Assembly (NCBI GenBank): GCA_964349875.1
Contig: CAYGIG010000001.1
Coordinates: 52-64,051, forward strand
Source of the DNA: an uncultured Gammaproteobacteria bacterium
GTDB lineage: Bacteria; Patescibacteriota; Microgenomatia; CAYQLK01
Reading direction: 5' to 3'
Length of the DNA stretch: 64,000 bases
The position numbers and the translations under genes were made by a program. The stretch's first letter is position 1. The number at the start of each line of letters is the position of its first letter. Of the stretch, positions 20,250 through 29,484 are shown one piece after another. The notes under the pieces are model-generated. The model saw only the letters and a list, made by a program, of their open reading frames with translations, was not told where the DNA came from and searched no databases.

Positions 20250-20280
20250 CACCCCCCAACTAATAAAATATGGGGGGGTG
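20250..20280. promoter_or_regulatory. G/C-tract inverted repeat CACCCCCCA-N12-TGGGGGGGTG in the divergent promoter region
   Basis: 9-bp perfect arms. No flanking T-run on either strand, so unlikely to be a terminator. Resembles the G/C-tract CsoR-type operator of M. tuberculosis. Confidence 0.35.
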
Positions 20281-20335
20281 AAAACTCGATTAGAAATACC
20301 TCGACAGTATTGTCTCCTTCCAGCTCATCGCCTCG

Positions 20336-20364
20336 TTGACAATACCCCCTAGGGGGTATATATT
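20336..20364 (+). promoter_or_regulatory. sigma-70-like promoter (TTGACA-17-TATATT) with an embedded perfect 18-bp palindrome ATACCCCCTAGGGGGTAT, a CsoR-type operator
   Basis: -35 at 20336-20341, palindrome at 20342-20359 filling the spacer, -10 at 20359-20364, csoR ATG at 20373 (near-leaderless). The palindrome matches the B. subtilis copZA operator consensus TACCC-N-GGGGGTA. Confidence 0.7.
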
Positions 20365-20372
20365 ATTTTCTT

Positions 20373-20648
20373 ATGAAACACATGGAGGACAAAAACAAGC
20401 TCAAAATTATCCAGCGTCTTAAGATTCTCGAAGGCCAAGTCCGAGGACTTCAGGAAATGATCGACAAAGATACTTATTGTATTGATGTCATTACCCAAAC
20501 ATCGGCAGTCAAACAAGGTCTGTCAAATGTCGAAGACTTACTACTCAGCAATCACTTAGACAGCTGCATCATCGACCAACTCAAATCCGGACAAACAGAC
20601 AAAGCAAAAGAAGAAATCCTTAAAGTCTACAAGCTTAAGAGAAAATAA
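20373..20648 (+). CDS. csoR: CsoR/RcnR family copper-sensing transcriptional repressor
   Basis: 91 aa. Cys in [10 protein letters not shown] plus His/Cys in LSNHLDSCI give the C-H-C Cu(I) ligand set. Confidence 0.8.
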   Translation: MKHMEDKNKLKIIQRLKILEGQVRGLQEMIDKDTYCIDVITQTSAVKQGLSNVEDLLLSNHLDSCIIDQLKSGQTDKAKEEILKVYKLKRK

Positions 20649-20649
20649 T

Positions 20650-22965
20650 ATGCACAGCGAAACTTATCAAGTAAAAGGAATGCACTGCGCTTCGTGCTCG
20701 TCGATGATTGAAAAGACTTTTAAAAAAGTTGAAGGGGTCGAGTCCGCCGAAGTTAATTACGGCACTGAAAAAGCCAAAGTCACTTTTGATCCAAAAAAAA
20801 CAAACCCTGAAGCTCTTTCCAAACACATCGAACCGCTTGGCTATTCACTAATTATGCCTACCGTCGACACACCAAATTCCCCTAGTGCCAGCGAAATGGG
20901 CATGTCCGCTAGCGATCACGCTGAACATTTAGGTCTCAATCAATCAAAAAAAGAAAAACTCATTGAAATTGCCGACATGCGATCAAAAGTAATTTCGGCC
21001 ATCCCTCTTGTGATTATCGGCATTTTTATCATGGGCTGGGATATTCTATCTGAGTTCAAAGTCGTTGCTCCCCCATCACAAAACCTTGAGGAATTTTTCC
21101 ATCATCTCCTGCCGATTATGGCTACATACATGTTATTTGTGGTCGGCAAACCATATCTTTTAGGTTTCTACCGTTTTCTCCGCTACGGCAAAGCCAATAT
21201 GGACACACTTATCGGCATCGGCACTTCGGTCGCATTTCTCTATAGTTTTATAATCACTGCTTTTGAAGAACCCCTTCGGCAGTATGTCAATGTTACTAAC
21301 ACCTATTACGACGTCACTATCGTAGTCATCACATTCATCGCACTCGGTAAATATCTTGAAGCCAGAGCAAAAGTTAAAACCGGAGATGCCATCGAAAAAC
21401 TACTTAACCTCCAGGCAAAAACCGCAATCGTTATTCGTAATAAAAAAGAGTTGGAAATTTCCATCAATCTAGTCATTCACGGCGACCGCATTGTGGTAAA
21501 ACCCGGAGCTCGGATTCCTGTCGATGGAACTGTAGCCGACGGGTCTTCTTTTGTCGACGAATCAATGGTTACCGGAGAGCCAATGCCAATCGAAAAAAAT
21601 GCCGGCGATACCGTCGTAGCGGGAACAATCAATACCACTGGCTCTTTTACCTTTACAGCAACCAAGGTCGGCTCAGAAACATTACTTGCTCAAATTATCA
21701 AGATGGTCGAAAACGCGCAAGGAAGCCGCGCGCCCATTCAAGCTTTGGCTGATAAAATTTCTGCCGTGTTCGTGCCAATCGTCTTAATACTAGCCTTTGT
21801 CACTCTCGGAGCTTGGCTTCTCATAGGCACGCCGCTACTCGGATTCTCCACCGCATTATCATTCGGACTTACATCATTTGTAGGCATCTTGGTTATTGCC
21901 TGCCCATGTGCTCTCGGCTTAGCAACACCTACAGCGATTATCGTCGGAGTGGGCAAGGGAGCCAAAGAGGGCATCTTAATAAAAGACGCCGCAACTCTGG
22001 AAAAACTTCACAAGGTTGATACCGTTGTCGTAGATAAAACCGGAACCATAACCCGCGGTAAACCGGAGCTGACAAGTATTCAAAACCTCTCAAAATTAAC
22101 CGACGAAAAAATTATCTCCATACTAGCTTCACTTGAAAACAAGTCAGAACATCCAATTGCTTACGCTATTACTCAGTACGCAAAAGCGAAAAATATTCGC
22201 TCCGTTACGATTTCGGGTTTTGAAATCATCAAAGGCAAAGGGCTTAAGGCTGTTATTGGAAAAATCGAATATTTTGCCGGCAACACCAAACTTGTTTCCG
22301 ATCTCAAACTTTCCTTTGACGTAAAGAATATTGAGGCAGAAACTTTACGAGGCAAAACCCCTGTCATTCTTGCCACAAAAAATGAAGTTCTAGGTATTGT
22401 TATGGTAGCTGATGCTATAAAACCCGAAGCCATTGAAGCAGTAAAAAATCTCCATAAGCTTGGAATCAAAACAGTTATGCTAACAGGTGATAACAAGAAC
22501 ACAGCTCTTGCCATTGCCAAAGAAGTCGGTATTGACGATGTAGTAGCCGAAGTACTTCCGGAAGACAAACTAAAGAAGATAAAAGAGCTGCAAAGTCAGG
22601 GTCATATCGTGGCAATGGCTGGCGACGGCATTAACGATGCCCCAGCTCTAGCTCAAGCCGATGTTGGTATCGCCATGGGAACCGGCACGGACGTGGCCAT
22701 CGAAACAGCCGGCATCACGCTCCTAAACGGAGATATTTCAAAACTTGTAAAAGCTATCCGACTATCTAAGTTCACTATGAACGGCATCAAACAAAACCTC
22801 TTTTGGGCGTTTATTTACAACATCGTAGGCATACCTCTTGCTGCAGGAATGTTTTATCCCATTTTTGGTTGGCTTTTAAATCCGGTTTTTGCTGGATTCG
22901 CAATGGCATCTTCCAGCGTCTCAGTCGTCGGTAATTCATTACGCCTCAAAACAAAGAAAATTTAA
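20650..22965 (+). CDS. copA: copper-translocating P1B-type ATPase
   Basis: N-terminal HMA domain [14 protein letters not shown] motif [18 protein letters not shown] phosphorylation site, GDGINDAP, eight TM helices. Confidence 0.95.
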   Translation: MHSETYQVKGMHCASCSSMIEKTFKKVEGVESAEVNYGTEKAKVTFDPKKTNPEALSKHIEPLGYSLIMPTVDTPNSPSASEMGMSASDHAEHLGLNQSKKEKLIEIADMRSKVISAIPLVIIGIFIMGWDILSEFKVVAPPSQNLEEFFHHLLPIMATYMLFVVGKPYLLGFYRFLRYGKANMDTLIGIGTSVAFLYSFIITAFEEPLRQYVNVTNTYYDVTIVVITFIALGKYLEARAKVKTGDAIEKLLNLQAKTAIVIRNKKELEISINLVIHGDRIVVKPGARIPVDGTVADGSSFVDESMVTGEPMPIEKNAGDTVVAGTINTTGSFTFTATKVGSETLLAQIIKMVENAQGSRAPIQALADKISAVFVPIVLILAFVTLGAWLLIGTPLLGFSTALSFGLTSFVGILVIACPCALGLATPTAIIVGVGKGAKEGILIKDAATLEKLHKVDTVVVDKTGTITRGKPELTSIQNLSKLTDEKIISILASLENKSEHPIAYAITQYAKAKNIRSVTISGFEIIKGKGLKAVIGKIEYFAGNTKLVSDLKLSFDVKNIEAETLRGKTPVILATKNEVLGIVMVADAIKPEAIEAVKNLHKLGIKTVMLTGDNKNTALAIAKEVGIDDVVAEVLPEDKLKKIKELQSQGHIVAMAGDGINDAPALAQADVGIAMGTGTDVAIETAGITLLNGDISKLVKAIRLSKFTMNGIKQNLFWAFIYNIVGIPLAAGMFYPIFGWLLNPVFAGFAMASSSVSVVGNSLRLKTKKI

Positions 22966-22969
22966 ACCT

Positions 22970-23989
22970 ATGAAAACCCACACATTCCACGTTAATGGTA
23001 TGCACTGCAATGCTTGCGTAGTACTAACAGAAAGTGAGCTAAACGAAGTATCGGAAGTCTCCCATGTAAAAGCATCACTCAAACATCTTAATGTCGAAGT
23101 GACTGGAGACTTTGGCGACAAAAAACCAGAACACATCGCCCGCGACCTAAGCGTTGTTCTAGAATCACACGGCTATACTCTCTCCCTCGAAAAACAAAAA
23201 CATTCAGCCAAATGGTCTGACTTCCGCATTTCCCTTCCTGTTGCAGGAGCATTTATTGCACTATTTATCATCTTGCAAAAACTCGGCATCGTGAATTTAA
23301 TCACAGCATCGGATGTCAGCTATAGTACAGCGTTTATCATCGGCCTTATCGCCTCCGTTTCTACATGCATGGCAGTCGTCGGTGGCTTAGTGTTGTCCAT
23401 GTCTGCCAATTTTGCCTTAACAGGTGACAAGGTACGTCCGCAAATTTTATTTCATATCGGCCGGCTCATATCGTTTTTTATTCTTGGCGGTGCAATCGGC
23501 GCCCTTGGTTCGGCATTCCAACTTGGCACGACAGGCACAATTGTTCTTAGTTTTATTGTTGCGATAGTTCTTCTTATTCTTGGTATCAACCTTCTCGATG
23601 TATTTCCTTGGGCAAAAAAACTTCAGCCAACCATCCCAAGCTTAGTTGGCAAACATGTTTATGGGCTCAAAAATGTCAATCACATCCTTACCCCTCTCTT
23701 AATCGGCATTGCAACATTCTTTTTGCCCTGTGGATTTACTCAATCCATGCAGATTTATACCCTAACTACCGGGAGTTTTTTAACCGGAGCATTAATTATG
23801 TTTACTTTTGCACTCGGCACGCTTCCGGTACTTGCCCTCTTAAGTTTCAGCTCACTAAGTATTCACAAAAAAGCACAATCCGGGGTATTTTTTAAGACCG
23901 CCGGCCTTGTTGTAATATTTTTCGGAGTCTTTAATCTAATTAATGCACTAGTCGCTATCGGTATTATTCCGCCGCTTTTCAGTTTTTAG
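22970..23989 (+). CDS. HMA (CxxC) domain fused to a DsbD_2/CcdA-like 6-TM permease; putative metal/thiol transporter
   Basis: Start moved to the ATG at 22970, because the track ORF overlaps the copA end. VNGMHCNACVV HMA motif. Membrane domain with Cys in two half-repeats (VSTCMAVVGG, FFLPCGFTQSM). Confidence 0.5.
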   Translation: MKTHTFHVNGMHCNACVVLTESELNEVSEVSHVKASLKHLNVEVTGDFGDKKPEHIARDLSVVLESHGYTLSLEKQKHSAKWSDFRISLPVAGAFIALFIILQKLGIVNLITASDVSYSTAFIIGLIASVSTCMAVVGGLVLSMSANFALTGDKVRPQILFHIGRLISFFILGGAIGALGSAFQLGTTGTIVLSFIVAIVLLILGINLLDVFPWAKKLQPTIPSLVGKHVYGLKNVNHILTPLLIGIATFFLPCGFTQSMQIYTLTTGSFLTGALIMFTFALGTLPVLALLSFSSLSIHKKAQSGVFFKTAGLVVIFFGVFNLINALVAIGIIPPLFSF

Positions 23990-24017
23990 ACGAAGTTAAT
24001 AAAACATAAATGAATTT

Positions 24018-24398
24018 ATGAAAATACCAGGCAAAACAATTCTTATAGCCACAACAATTATTATTGGACTAGCGGCACTCTCTGGGTGTAGCAGCACTTC
24101 AGAAGCTGTAAACAATGTAAGCATGGCTGACGGTAAACAAATCATCAAAATCCAAGCTAAGGGTGGTTATTCCCCCAAAGTGACAACCGCCAAAGCTGAT
24201 ACGCCTACAACTATTGAGGTATCTACACAAAGTACTTTTGATTGTTCGTCAGCATTAGTAATTCCGAGCTTGAATTATCGTAAAAATCTTCCACCATCCG
24301 GAACTACAGATATCGAAGTTCCTGCACAAAAAGCCGGCACAAAATTGCAAGGGTTGTGCGCCATGGGAATGTACAGTTTTGTTGTGAATTTTAATTGA
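24018..24398 (+). CDS. lipoprotein with cupredoxin-like beta-sandwich; candidate Cu(I)-binding Cys/Met site
   Basis: Lipobox LSGCSS. C-terminal QGLCAMGMYSFVVNFN resembles the cupredoxin C-terminal ligand loop, with Met where His is usual. Sits in the cop operon. Confidence 0.4.
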   Translation: MKIPGKTILIATTIIIGLAALSGCSSTSEAVNNVSMADGKQIIKIQAKGGYSPKVTTAKADTPTTIEVSTQSTFDCSSALVIPSLNYRKNLPPSGTTDIEVPAQKAGTKLQGLCAMGMYSFVVNFN

Positions 24399-24431
24399 TT
24401 TTAACGTAACGAGTACGAGTAAAATATTAAT

Positions 24432-25175
24432 ATGATATTTCATTTTGATAAAAACTTTGACGAAAAAGATCGCGATCTGTTTAAAAAAGCGCAAGAAGAT
24501 GACTTAAAAAAGATTTGTTCATATTTACAAACAGACGAAAAGTTATTAGAAAAAGTTAGATTCGAGGTTTTTAGTACCCGAGAGGGCAAACAAAATGCCG
24601 ACCCCAACCACAGCATCAGCCGAGCAAGTGCTAGATTCGAAGAAATGGCTATTTATCGATTCTGGCTCCCCCCAGAAGACCCCCACTTCCCCCATGAAAC
24701 TACCCATCTTGTAGCCCACACTTGGACGGACCCTTATTTACTTAAAGACGAATTGGATACTTGGGACGGTAAAAAAATCACCAAAACAATTGAAATGGTT
24801 TCAACCTCTTTTTTTCAAGAAGGCTTGGCGATTGCAGTTGATGATATTGTGTTTGGTAGAAAACTCCCAGAAGAGGGCGAAACAAAATTTATTGATGACT
24901 GGTGCAGAGACCAAATTGATAAAATACCTCAACTCAGTCAATGCATCAACATGGAAGGCTTTGACTCTTTCGAAAACAAGCTTGTCGTTCCTTTTACAGC
25001 CTCGTTTTCAAAATATCTCCTAGAGTCTTTTGGGGTTGAAATTTATAAAAAAATGTATATATCAATCAGTGAAACAACCTCAATTAAAGAAAATATTAAC
25101 GAAATAGAAAAGATTTATAATATGTCTGAAAACTCCCTACTACAAAATTGGAAATCTAGCCTATTATCAAAATAA
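24432..25175 (+). CDS. hypothetical protein with HExxH motif (possible zinc metallopeptidase)
   Basis: PHETTHLVAH contains HETTH. Confidence 0.3.
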   Translation: MIFHFDKNFDEKDRDLFKKAQEDDLKKICSYLQTDEKLLEKVRFEVFSTREGKQNADPNHSISRASARFEEMAIYRFWLPPEDPHFPHETTHLVAHTWTDPYLLKDELDTWDGKKITKTIEMVSTSFFQEGLAIAVDDIVFGRKLPEEGETKFIDDWCRDQIDKIPQLSQCINMEGFDSFENKLVVPFTASFSKYLLESFGVEIYKKMYISISETTSIKENINEIEKIYNMSENSLLQNWKSSLLSK

Positions 25176-25185
25176 TTATTAAGCA

Positions 25186-25956
25186 ATGCTAAAAGCCATA
25201 ATTGTTTCCCGCAAAGGCTTGCCCACCACATCAAACCTATATAAAAAAATAAAATCCAAACTTGAAATAGTTGAGAGCGGTCAAAAAGCCGACTTTATTC
25301 TTGTCTTGGGTGGCGATGGCGCAATGCTTAACGCTATTAACAAATATTACAAATTAAAAATTCCTTTTGCAGGTTTCAACTTCGGACATTTAGGCTTTTT
25401 ATTAAACGAAGCCAAGACTGGTGTTTTAGAAGAAATTCTTGCGGGAAAATTCGACACTGTCGAATCCAATCTGCTGGAAGCCAAACTTTATTCATTCCAT
25501 CAAAAATTAAAAACGGTCCTGGCTTTTAACGACTTTTATTTCGAGCGCAAAACACCCCAAACCGCCAGAATAGAAATATCAGTAAACGGCACCGTAAGAT
25601 TCGAAACCTTAGTCTGCGACGGCGTGATTGTTTCCTCGCCTGCCGGCTCCACCGCCTACAACGCATCGGCAGGAGGAAAAATACTCCCTATCGACAGCAG
25701 GCACATGGTTTTAACAGGCATTTGTCCGGCACTATTCCACAACTGGCGCAGCGCCCAACTCTCTCACAATTCAACAATTTGTCTAAATATTATCGACACC
25801 GAACTCCGTCCAGTGGTTTTTATGGCCGATGGTAGGGAAATAGCAGGAGTAACCAAAGCAGAAATAAAATACTCCAAACAGAAGGTCAAAATCCTCTTTG
25901 CTCGCTCCCAAGACTTTCGCGAAAAATTCCTCCGCCTCCAATTCTCTACTCTGTAA
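25186..25956 (+). CDS. nadK: NAD+ kinase
   Basis: GGDGAML motif (LVLGGDGAMLNAI). DGVIVSSPAGSTAYNASAGG NAD-binding segment. Confidence 0.9.
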   Translation: MLKAIIVSRKGLPTTSNLYKKIKSKLEIVESGQKADFILVLGGDGAMLNAINKYYKLKIPFAGFNFGHLGFLLNEAKTGVLEEILAGKFDTVESNLLEAKLYSFHQKLKTVLAFNDFYFERKTPQTARIEISVNGTVRFETLVCDGVIVSSPAGSTAYNASAGGKILPIDSRHMVLTGICPALFHNWRSAQLSHNSTICLNIIDTELRPVVFMADGREIAGVTKAEIKYSKQKVKILFARSQDFREKFLRLQFSTL

Positions 25957-26084
25957 CTAACCTAACAAGTAGAAAACGGGGACCCCACAAAATCTTTGAT
26001 TTTGAAGGGGAGAAGGAGGAATGGCGGAAACCAATTTAACTTTACGTCAGAAAAGTCTCTTGGTTGTAGTCCATTCCAACGCGG

Positions 26085-26172
26085 CGGAGGGGGAGAGATT
26101 CGAACTCTCGGAAGGAAAAAATCCTTCAGCAGTTTTCGAAACTGCCGCACTAGTCCACTATGCGACCCCTCC
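26085..26172 (-). tRNA. tRNA-Ser (anticodon CGA), long variable arm, 3' CCG instead of CCA
   Basis: GGAGGGGTCGCATAGTGGACTAGTGCGGCAGTTTCGAAAACTGCTGAAGGATTTTTTCCTTCCGAGAGTTCGAATCTCTCCCCCTCCG. Anticodon loop TTCGAAA. Confidence 0.8.
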
Positions 26173-26196
26173 AAACTAAACTAGTTTACAGTATGG

Positions 26197-26248
26197 GTCG
26201 AACAAGGTTCTTCTAATGTATAACATTAGGTTCTTATGCGACCTCTCC
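26197..26248 (-). repeat. third copy of the tRNA-Ser-5'-derived hairpin repeat
   Basis: Minus strand GGAGAGGTCGCATAAGAACCT-AATGTTATACATT-AGAAGAACCTTGTTCGAC. Same flanks as the 18281 and 18341 copies, with a different internal palindrome (CTAATGT/ACATTAG). Confidence 0.7.
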
Positions 26249-26279
26249 TAAGCAGGCTTATTCTAACAAAAAAATTTTG

Positions 26280-26352
26280 TGCGCTCGGAGGGATTTGAAC
26301 CCCCGACTTTCAGATCCGGAATCTGACGCTCTATCCACTGAGCTACGAGCGC
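26280..26352 (-). tRNA. tRNA-Arg (anticodon CCG)
   Basis: GCGCTCGTAGCTCAGTGGATAGAGCGTCAGATTCCGGATCTGAAAGTCGGGGGTTCAAATCCCTCCGAGCGCA. Anticodon loop TTCCGGA. Confidence 0.85.
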
Positions 26353-26403
26353 AAAAAAGACAGGTCGATTGTATATCAAACCTGTCCTTTTAATAATCCA
26401 AAG

Positions 26404-26823
26404 TTAACTCCAGAGTGTCAAAATCGCTGCACTCACCAAAACAGACACTAAAGCATAACCGGCATTTATTGCAAAATACTTAATTGGCTTACTCTCGTAT
26501 AACCAACTGTTGATCATCCAAACAGCCACAAATCCCAACCAAACCCATCCGCCGATTTTTAACGCACCTACCAAATCATCACCAGCTCTAGTCCAAACCA
26601 AAAGTCTAGCCAGAACAAACGCGCCGATTAAATTACAGATAAGCCCAATCGCATACATTCGACCCATTTGGGATTGCGATGGTTTACCTTTTTTAGTATC
26701 CAGCCCTGCAGCTTTCATCCACTCTTTTACAAACATTACAGGCGAATACCAAGCTGCTCCAATTGCAAATGAAACCAAACCGGCAACTACCATTGCTAAA
26801 TAGTTTATTTCTGTTGCAAACAT
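26404..26823 (-). CDS. DUF1761 family membrane protein
   Basis: GAAWYSPVMFVKEWMKAAG motif typical of DUF1761. 4 TM helices. Confidence 0.55.
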   Translation of the reverse strand: MFATEINYLAMVVAGLVSFAIGAAWYSPVMFVKEWMKAAGLDTKKGKPSQSQMGRMYAIGLICNLIGAFVLARLLVWTRAGDDLVGALKIGGWVWLGFVAVWMINSWLYESKPIKYFAINAGYALVSVLVSAAILTLWS

Positions 26824-26842
26824 TTATTTATTCACCGCCTTC

Positions 26843-27214
26843 CTAATTGAAAAGCTTAATTAATTGAAAATAATTCCCGTCCGTGTCTTCAAAAGTCGCC
26901 ATTCTTGCATAGCCCTCAACATCATATGGCTCTTTTAGTACTTTCGCTTTTTTATCCTTTAACTCATTAAACTTTGTGTCTAAATCTTCCGTTTCAAAAT
27001 TCAAAAATAATCTTGAGGGATTTTCATTTCTGCCTTTTACTTCACTATGAGAAGATACAAACAAACTAACTCCATTTCCCAATTCAAGTTTCATTCCATA
27101 TTCCGCCTCCCCCCACTCTTCTTCTGAATTCATTTTCAACCCGACCACGTCACGATAAAATTTTCCAAGTTCTTTTGGGTGTTCACTGCTTAACATTACT
27201 GCACTTAATATCAT
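26843..27214 (-). CDS. VOC (glyoxalase/bleomycin-resistance) family protein
   Basis: 123 aa. Paired beta-alpha-beta-beta-beta module pattern. FYRDVVGLKM N-terminal motif. Confidence 0.55.
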   Translation of the reverse strand: MILSAVMLSSEHPKELGKFYRDVVGLKMNSEEEWGEAEYGMKLELGNGVSLFVSSHSEVKGRNENPSRLFLNFETEDLDTKFNELKDKKAKVLKEPYDVEGYARMATFEDTDGNYFQLIKLFN

Positions 27215-27262
27215 TATTTTAATTGTACCTCATGCTCCCTGTTTCACAATTCATCTGAATTT

Positions 27263-27280
27263 TGGCGGAGAGGAGGATTG
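27263..27280 (-). repeat. partial duplicate of the 3' end of tRNA-Ser(GGA) immediately downstream of the gene
   Basis: tggcggagaggagg at 27263 against tggcggagagagggg at the tRNA 3' end. Both tRNA-Ser(GCT) and tRNA-Ser(GGA) also share the downstream context ttagagtgtc. Confidence 0.45.
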
Positions 27281-27297
27281 GGTCTCCTTAGAGTGTC

Positions 27298-27387
27298 TGG
27301 CGGAGAGAGGGGGATTCGAACCCCCGATACGCTTGCGCGTAAACTTGCTTTCCAAGCAAGCGCCATAGGCCACTAGGCGACCTCTCC
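27298..27387 (-). tRNA. tRNA-Ser (anticodon GGA), CCA encoded
   Basis: GGAGAGGTCGCCTAGTGGCCTATGGCGCTTGCTTGGAAAGCAAG...GGGGGTTCGAATCCCCCTCTCTCCGCCA. Anticodon loop TTGGAAA. Confidence 0.85.
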
Positions 27388-27421
27388 AAGTGTGGTATTT
27401 TAGCAGAAGCCGTAAACCAAA

Positions 27422-28066
27422 TTGAAGCCGAATAAAAATTTCGCTGATATAATTGATTTTATGCCCACAAAATCAAAGTCAAAAAAAGGCCAAAGAGTCA
27501 TAGAAAAAGCCTTTAGCATCCCTGAATTCCCCAACCCAAACAGAAATCTGACAAAAGAAGAAATATTGGCACTCAAATCTGACGTTATCAGAAGCAAGAA
27601 CCTTTTATCATGGAAAGCTTACTCCCGTGTTTATAAAAAACGCACCAAGATGTACTACATCAATATCGCAATAATCGTTTTTTTGTTGGGACTGATCGCA
27701 ATTACCGTTAATGAGCCCATCGTTGCCCTGGTTATTTTGTCACTGGGGTTTGTTGCGTATGTGCTCGCTTATATTGAACCGGAAATTGTTGAAAACAAAA
27801 TAACTAGACTTGGAGTCGTTACAAATGGAAATGCCTTTTTATGGACAGAATTAGGAGATTTCTGGTTTTCTAGAAGAAACAACCAAACAATTCTTAACAT
27901 CACTCAAAATAGGCTTAGACCCGCGATAGTAATGATAATTGAAGACAGTAAGAAAGATAAAATAATTGACATACTTTCAGAACAGCTGAATTTTCGCCGC
28001 GACTACAAAGGCTTTGTCGTGGATAAGATGGCAGACAAGCTTGTTGAAAAAGTACCTTTAGAGTAA
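27422..28066 (+). CDS. hypothetical membrane protein
   Basis: Basic N-terminus and two TM helices. Followed by two hairpins (28090-28160). Confidence 0.4.
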   Translation: MKPNKNFADIIDFMPTKSKSKKGQRVIEKAFSIPEFPNPNRNLTKEEILALKSDVIRSKNLLSWKAYSRVYKKRTKMYYINIAIIVFLLGLIAITVNEPIVALVILSLGFVAYVLAYIEPEIVENKITRLGVVTNGNAFLWTELGDFWFSRRNNQTILNITQNRLRPAIVMIIEDSKKDKIIDILSEQLNFRRDYKGFVVDKMADKLVEKVPLE

Positions 28067-28274
28067 AATTCCCCTCGTTCTTTATCTTATTTATTAAAAA
28101 AGAAATTGCAAAGCAATTTCTCACAAAACACTAAAGTGTTTTGAAAGGACGAATGACAAAATTCATTTGCTCCCGTTACAAAGGGAATGAGAGTAGGACG
28201 GTCCGGCTTTAGTCGGATTTAGCTTTGCTAAAAGTTCGTCGAGAGAAAACCGTAGGTGTTCTCAGGAAAATCAA

Positions 28275-28347
28275 GCGCTCGTAGCTCAGTGGATAGAGTA
28301 TCAGATTGCGGATCTGAGGGTCGCAGGTTCGAATCCTGCCGGGCGCA
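28275..28347 (+). tRNA. tRNA-Arg (anticodon read as GCG; unusual for bacteria, verify)
   Basis: GCGCTCGTAGCTCAGTGGATAGAGTATCAGATTGCGGATCTGAGGGTCGCAGGTTCGAATCCTGCCGGGCGCA. Anticodon loop TTGCGGA. Confidence 0.7.
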
Positions 28348-28361
28348 CAATTATTACTTAA

Positions 28362-28451
28362 TGGCGGAGGGGGAGAGATTCGAACTCTCGAAGGGCGTAA
28401 ACCCTTAGTCGTTTTCAAGACGACCGCACTAGTCCACTATGCGACCCCTCC
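28362..28451 (-). tRNA. tRNA-Ser (anticodon TGA), CCA encoded
   Basis: GGAGGGGTCGCATAGTGGACTAGTGCGGTCGTCTTGAAAACGACTAAGGGTTTACGCCCTTCGAGAGTTCGAATCTCTCCCCCTCCGCCA. Anticodon loop CTTGAAA. Confidence 0.85.
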
Positions 28452-28518
28452 TTGACTAATCGTTTCTGAAAATCAAGCCTGCATATTCTATCAAAGTTGT
28501 TTTATTATTACCTAAAAC

Positions 28519-29484
28519 ATGGCCACAAAACAAAAAAATATTAAACATATTATCGAGGTCGAAAATCTCGTTAAAAAATACAAAAAAGCAAAAACAAACG
28601 CCGTTGACGATATCTCTTTTTATGTTGAAGAGGGCTCGTTTTTCTCTCTTCTTGGCCCAAACGGCGCCGGCAAAACCACAGCTATTACGATACTAACATC
28701 AATACTCAGCAAGACATCCGGCAATGTCACAATCGCGGGATTTGATGTTGAAAAAGATCCTGGAAAAGTTAGACAAAATATCGGTGTAATTTTTCAGAAT
28801 CCCTCGCTTGACCTCAACCTTACCGCCGAAGAAAACATCCGTTTCCACGCCAGTCTTTACAACCTCTACTCATTCATGCCCACCTACTCTCTAATGCCGA
28901 ATGCCTATAAAAAAAGAGTTACGGCGCTTGCCAAAGTTGTCGGATTGGAAAAAGATATGAACAAGCCGGTCAAAACACTTTCAGGTGGAATGAAGCGCAA
29001 ATTGGAAATAATTCGTTCTCTAATGCACCAGCCAAAAGTTCTCTTTTTGGACGAGCCTACTACAGGACTAGACCCAGTCAGCCGCCAAAACCTCTGGAAA
29101 TATCTACAAGACATTCGCAAAAAGGAAGACATTACTATTTTTCTAACCACCCACTATCTTGAAGAAGCCGAAGGATCCGATTACATCTGTATTATTGACC
29201 AAGGCAAAATTACTGCTAAAGGCACACCTTCTGAAATAAAAGAATCTTTAATAAAAAAATACATTATTCTCGACTCGAAAAACCGTAAAAAACTAACCGA
29301 AGAGCTTGCCAATCTCAAGATCAAACACGAAGGGAAAGGTCCTTTTACTGTTCATATCAAAAACCAATCAACCGGCCAGGAGTTTTTACAGAAAATAAAA
29401 ACACCTCTAACTTATCTAGATATTCACAATCCATCTCTGGAAGACGCTTATGTAGAAATAATCAACAAAAATGCACAATCTTAA
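28519..29484 (+). CDS. ABC transporter ATP-binding protein (ABC-2 type exporter partner)
   Basis: Walker A GPNGAGKTT, signature LSGGMKRKL, Walker B LFLDEPTTGLD. Confidence 0.85.
   Translation: MATKQKNIKHIIEVENLVKKYKKAKTNAVDDISFYVEEGSFFSLLGPNGAGKTTAITILTSILSKTSGNVTIAGFDVEKDPGKVRQNIGVIFQNPSLDLNLTAEENIRFHASLYNLYSFMPTYSLMPNAYKKRVTALAKVVGLEKDMNKPVKTLSGGMKRKLEIIRSLMHQPKVLFLDEPTTGLDPVSRQNLWKYLQDIRKKEDITIFLTTHYLEEAEGSDYICIIDQGKITAKGTPSEIKESLIKKYIILDSKNRKKLTEELANLKIKHEGKGPFTVHIKNQSTGQEFLQKIKTPLTYLDIHNPSLEDAYVEIINKNAQS

Noticed and set aside
28209-28418. 69-aa minus-strand ORF
   Set aside because: It overlaps tRNA-Arg and tRNA-Ser(TGA) almost entirely and is an artefact of the tRNA sequences.
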